A stretch of 64,000 nucleotides of DNA from Lingula anatina (Eukaryota > Animalia > Brachiopoda), in NCBI GenBank assembly GCA_051362555.1, contig CM120641.1:29952401-30016400 (forward strand), read 5' to 3'. Within the stretch, counting starts at the first letter, position 1, and each line of letters opens with the position of its first letter. This document shows, piece after piece, positions 61,218-64,000 of this stretch. The translations under genes and the position numbers were made by a program. The notes under the pieces are model-generated. The model made no database searches. It saw only the letters and a program-made list of their open reading frames with translations, and was not told the origin of the DNA.

Positions 61218-64000
61218 ACTTCCATGCTTGCCGCGGTCGACCTTGTGTTTGTGATTTGAATGAGGGTGTAAATTGCTTCACTGTGAGTGCGGACGCAGGC
61301 TACAGAGCCAAGGCATGTGTGAAGCCAGTGGCGGATTTATGAAAGGATTTAGTTAAAGCAAATGGTTTCACAATCTAGTTGGAAGAAGGTGTTATGTTTT
61401 AATCGCATTTAGGCAAGTGTGATTCAAATGAACGGAACTTAATTCCCCGTTGAAAAGGTCCGTTCTAAGGTGGCGGAAGAAGCCATTGAATGGCTCAGGT
61501 GAAATCAACAAAAACATAATTGTCACATGTTAGATACATCCTTCATTTTATCAAGTTTTCAGAAGGTTTTGAGTAATGTGGCTTTGTTTACTATGAGCAC
61601 GTGTTTTTCCCGCGCATCTTTCTCACCATGTGTTCGTCGTTTTAAAGATGACTAAATTGAAAACAGCAGGTGCAACTGAAGGGAAATTACATTTCACTTT
61701 TTATGGCTCCTCATGAGTTTTTACTTTCAACCTAGTTTGTGACTTGGGTAGCACGACATTTATTCCACGGGTTCGACTTGTGCTATGCAACACAGATAGA
61801 TAGAGCGGTTGTTTACTTTCTCCCTAGATGTCGGCTTGCGGTCCATAAATGTACCCGTCGAATTAATCTTGTGGCTAGTTCGCGAACCGCATGTAAACGT
61901 AAACAAGGAGACGGCTCTGCGTGGGTGAACTTTTTGCTGTTCAATTACTGCTTCTGTCAACAGAACGAAAAATGTAGAAATAAAATGATTATAACTGGAG
62001 TTGATTAACTTAAAGCAAGGCATGGCAGTGTTAAAAGCTGTATTGAGTGTACTCTTAAATCGATTGCTTTTCATCTGCAGTATTCTTCATTGTAGAGAAT
62101 ATACGTTGATCTACAATGCGTTTGAAAAACAGTACGCAAAGTTCAAATAAAGTCAGTTCGGAATAATGGTAATAGATTAACACGACCCGGAACTTCCAGA
62201 CTGAAAAACACCCACGCGGCCACCTTTCCGGCAATGAGTACATCAATACTCCACTACCGTGTAGGTAAACATAATACGTCAGAGCTAAATAGGATTCTTA
62301 AACGTGCGCACCTATGCGTCATTTTCCTAGTAGTAAATACGCGTAAGCAAATTTCTTCATACCCGGCATACTGGCCGGCCTACGATCACCGTCAAGTTGA
62401 ATATTTATAGATTTATTTACAGCCTGGAACAGAAAATGTGGCGTACAACTTGCCAAAGGTCCTGGGAAAGGTCTTGTGGAGATTCCTGCAGTTAGCTTTG
62501 CCACAGCACATTGCTTGTCATTATCTAGTTTGACATCGGTACACTTTAGCGTCGACCGTGCGCTTCTTTTACTTGAGTAATCTGCAAACAAACCGACTTA
62601 GCATCAAAAACTTGGACGGACTTCTAAATTTCAGATCTTTGGTAACGCTGCGCATACTACGTGAAGTAATCACAAATTTAAGAAAAGTATTTCAATTTTA
62701 TCAGGTGTAGGCTACCATTTTTCTCTTCTTTTAAGACACGGAAGTGATGTGGAAACATATTAATAAAGGAATATGCAATAAAAACGTTTTCCGGGTAGTG
62801 TTGATATGAAATGTATTTATGTAGCATCAAGGTGGAGTTTAGGTTAACTTTGAAATTTGCCTTTTATACTGGTACACGATGTCAAGTAAATGACAAAATC
62901 GCCATGAACTCATCTTGTTTTCCTAACTTATCAAGAAAGCCATATAAATCTTTTAAAATACCGTTGATTTCAATTGGCTTGCTATGTTGATTATTCTGTG
63001 AGAAGAACAGTGTCCATTTAAACGCTGGCCATACAGTAAGAATGCAAAACACAATCATAGCTCTACTAACACAGTTTGCTGTCTTGGCGATTGCACATGA
63101 GAGACCTCTACACCAACAACCACCACGCTTAGAAACTTTGGTTACTGGTGAACGTTTGCCTGAGTTTTCACACCTGTGCCAGAGAAAGATGTTGTCATAA
63201 ATGAAGAATATGGATTCCAAATCTTGTGCCTTTAGATCCCGTGTCAACATATATTCCCGAAGAGTGTATTACAGTGTTAGCTCCAGTTCAGAAAAAAAAG
63301 TGAATCTTTCAAAACAGGCATCTTTACAAATAAAACAGCAATTGCATAATATATTAAAATTACCTACTGTTATCAACTTCTTAAAAAAGATTTTTTGAAA
63401 AAAAAACGGCATTTTGTAATGAAATCTTTTATGATTATGTAATGAAAACTTTTTATAACGCGCAAAACGCAATCCAAAATTCCATGGGTCGTGTCAGATT
63501 TATGTAAAGTAGCTCAAAGAAAACCTAAGGACACATAATGACTAGTTAAACGGATTATTTGTTGTCGATCGCTAACTACATGTTCTACGTGAAGGCTTCA
63601 ACTTTTGATCCCTCTCCTATAACCCGCGTCCGTCTTCTTAGCTCTCCCGAGCGATCTCTCTAATCTGATCTCCCATATACTACTACTGAATGTCTTACAT
63701 CCAAAATATTTAAGGTGCACTATTGCGCGGTGCATACAAATTTTAATTACTCAAATTGCACATTTTGTTAAAAAGTTAACAAGCACGGTAAAATCATTCG
63801 AGTCAATTTCTGTTATTTCTCCAATGCACCAGTCTTTATCATAAACTGCGACAACCCATTCTCGGTCGTTGTAACTTTAAGGAATGGTTTTACTGTATTT
63901 GGGCATTGGATTATCACTGTTTGTCACTACCTCGACATAGTAAAATAGGATCCAATTAAACCGCAATGTTACCTACTGAATATAATTGTTGCTTTGATAA

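Noticed and set aside
61739-63472. Short ORFs upstream of ZFP36L
   Set aside because: No recognisable domains, mostly non-ATG starts, overlapping on both strands; consistent with non-coding regulatory DNA.

Overview
AT-rich invertebrate-animal genomic DNA. The only protein-coding gene I can support is a two-exon ZFP36/TIS11 (tristetraprolin-family, ZFP36L1/L2-like) tandem-CCCH RNA-binding protein gene on the minus strand. Its CDS is 61023-60970 joined to 60619-59579 (364 aa); the ORF track misses the first 27 aa. It has a compact TATA/GC-box/CCAAT/CRE promoter, AU-rich elements in its own 3' UTR, and a downstream CpG-retaining region with NF-kB, CRE and AP-1 consensus sites. The first ~56.7 kb has no recognisable CDS, is strongly CpG-depleted and carries long T runs mostly on the + strand. 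It contains many non-autonomous DNA transposons: a modular Helentron/HINE-like family (about 10 copies, all co-oriented), PIF/Harbinger MITEs (one a near-perfect 259-bp palindrome), Kolobok-like TTAA elements and an 8-9-bp-TSD family. CpG content rises sharply at ~56.7 kb. I infer that the left part is the methylated, intron-dominated 3' end of a large + strand gene converging on the ZFP36L gene, possibly RAD51B by analogy with human synteny (unproven). I found no evidence of a new enzymatic system. All coordinates and comparisons were made by eye.
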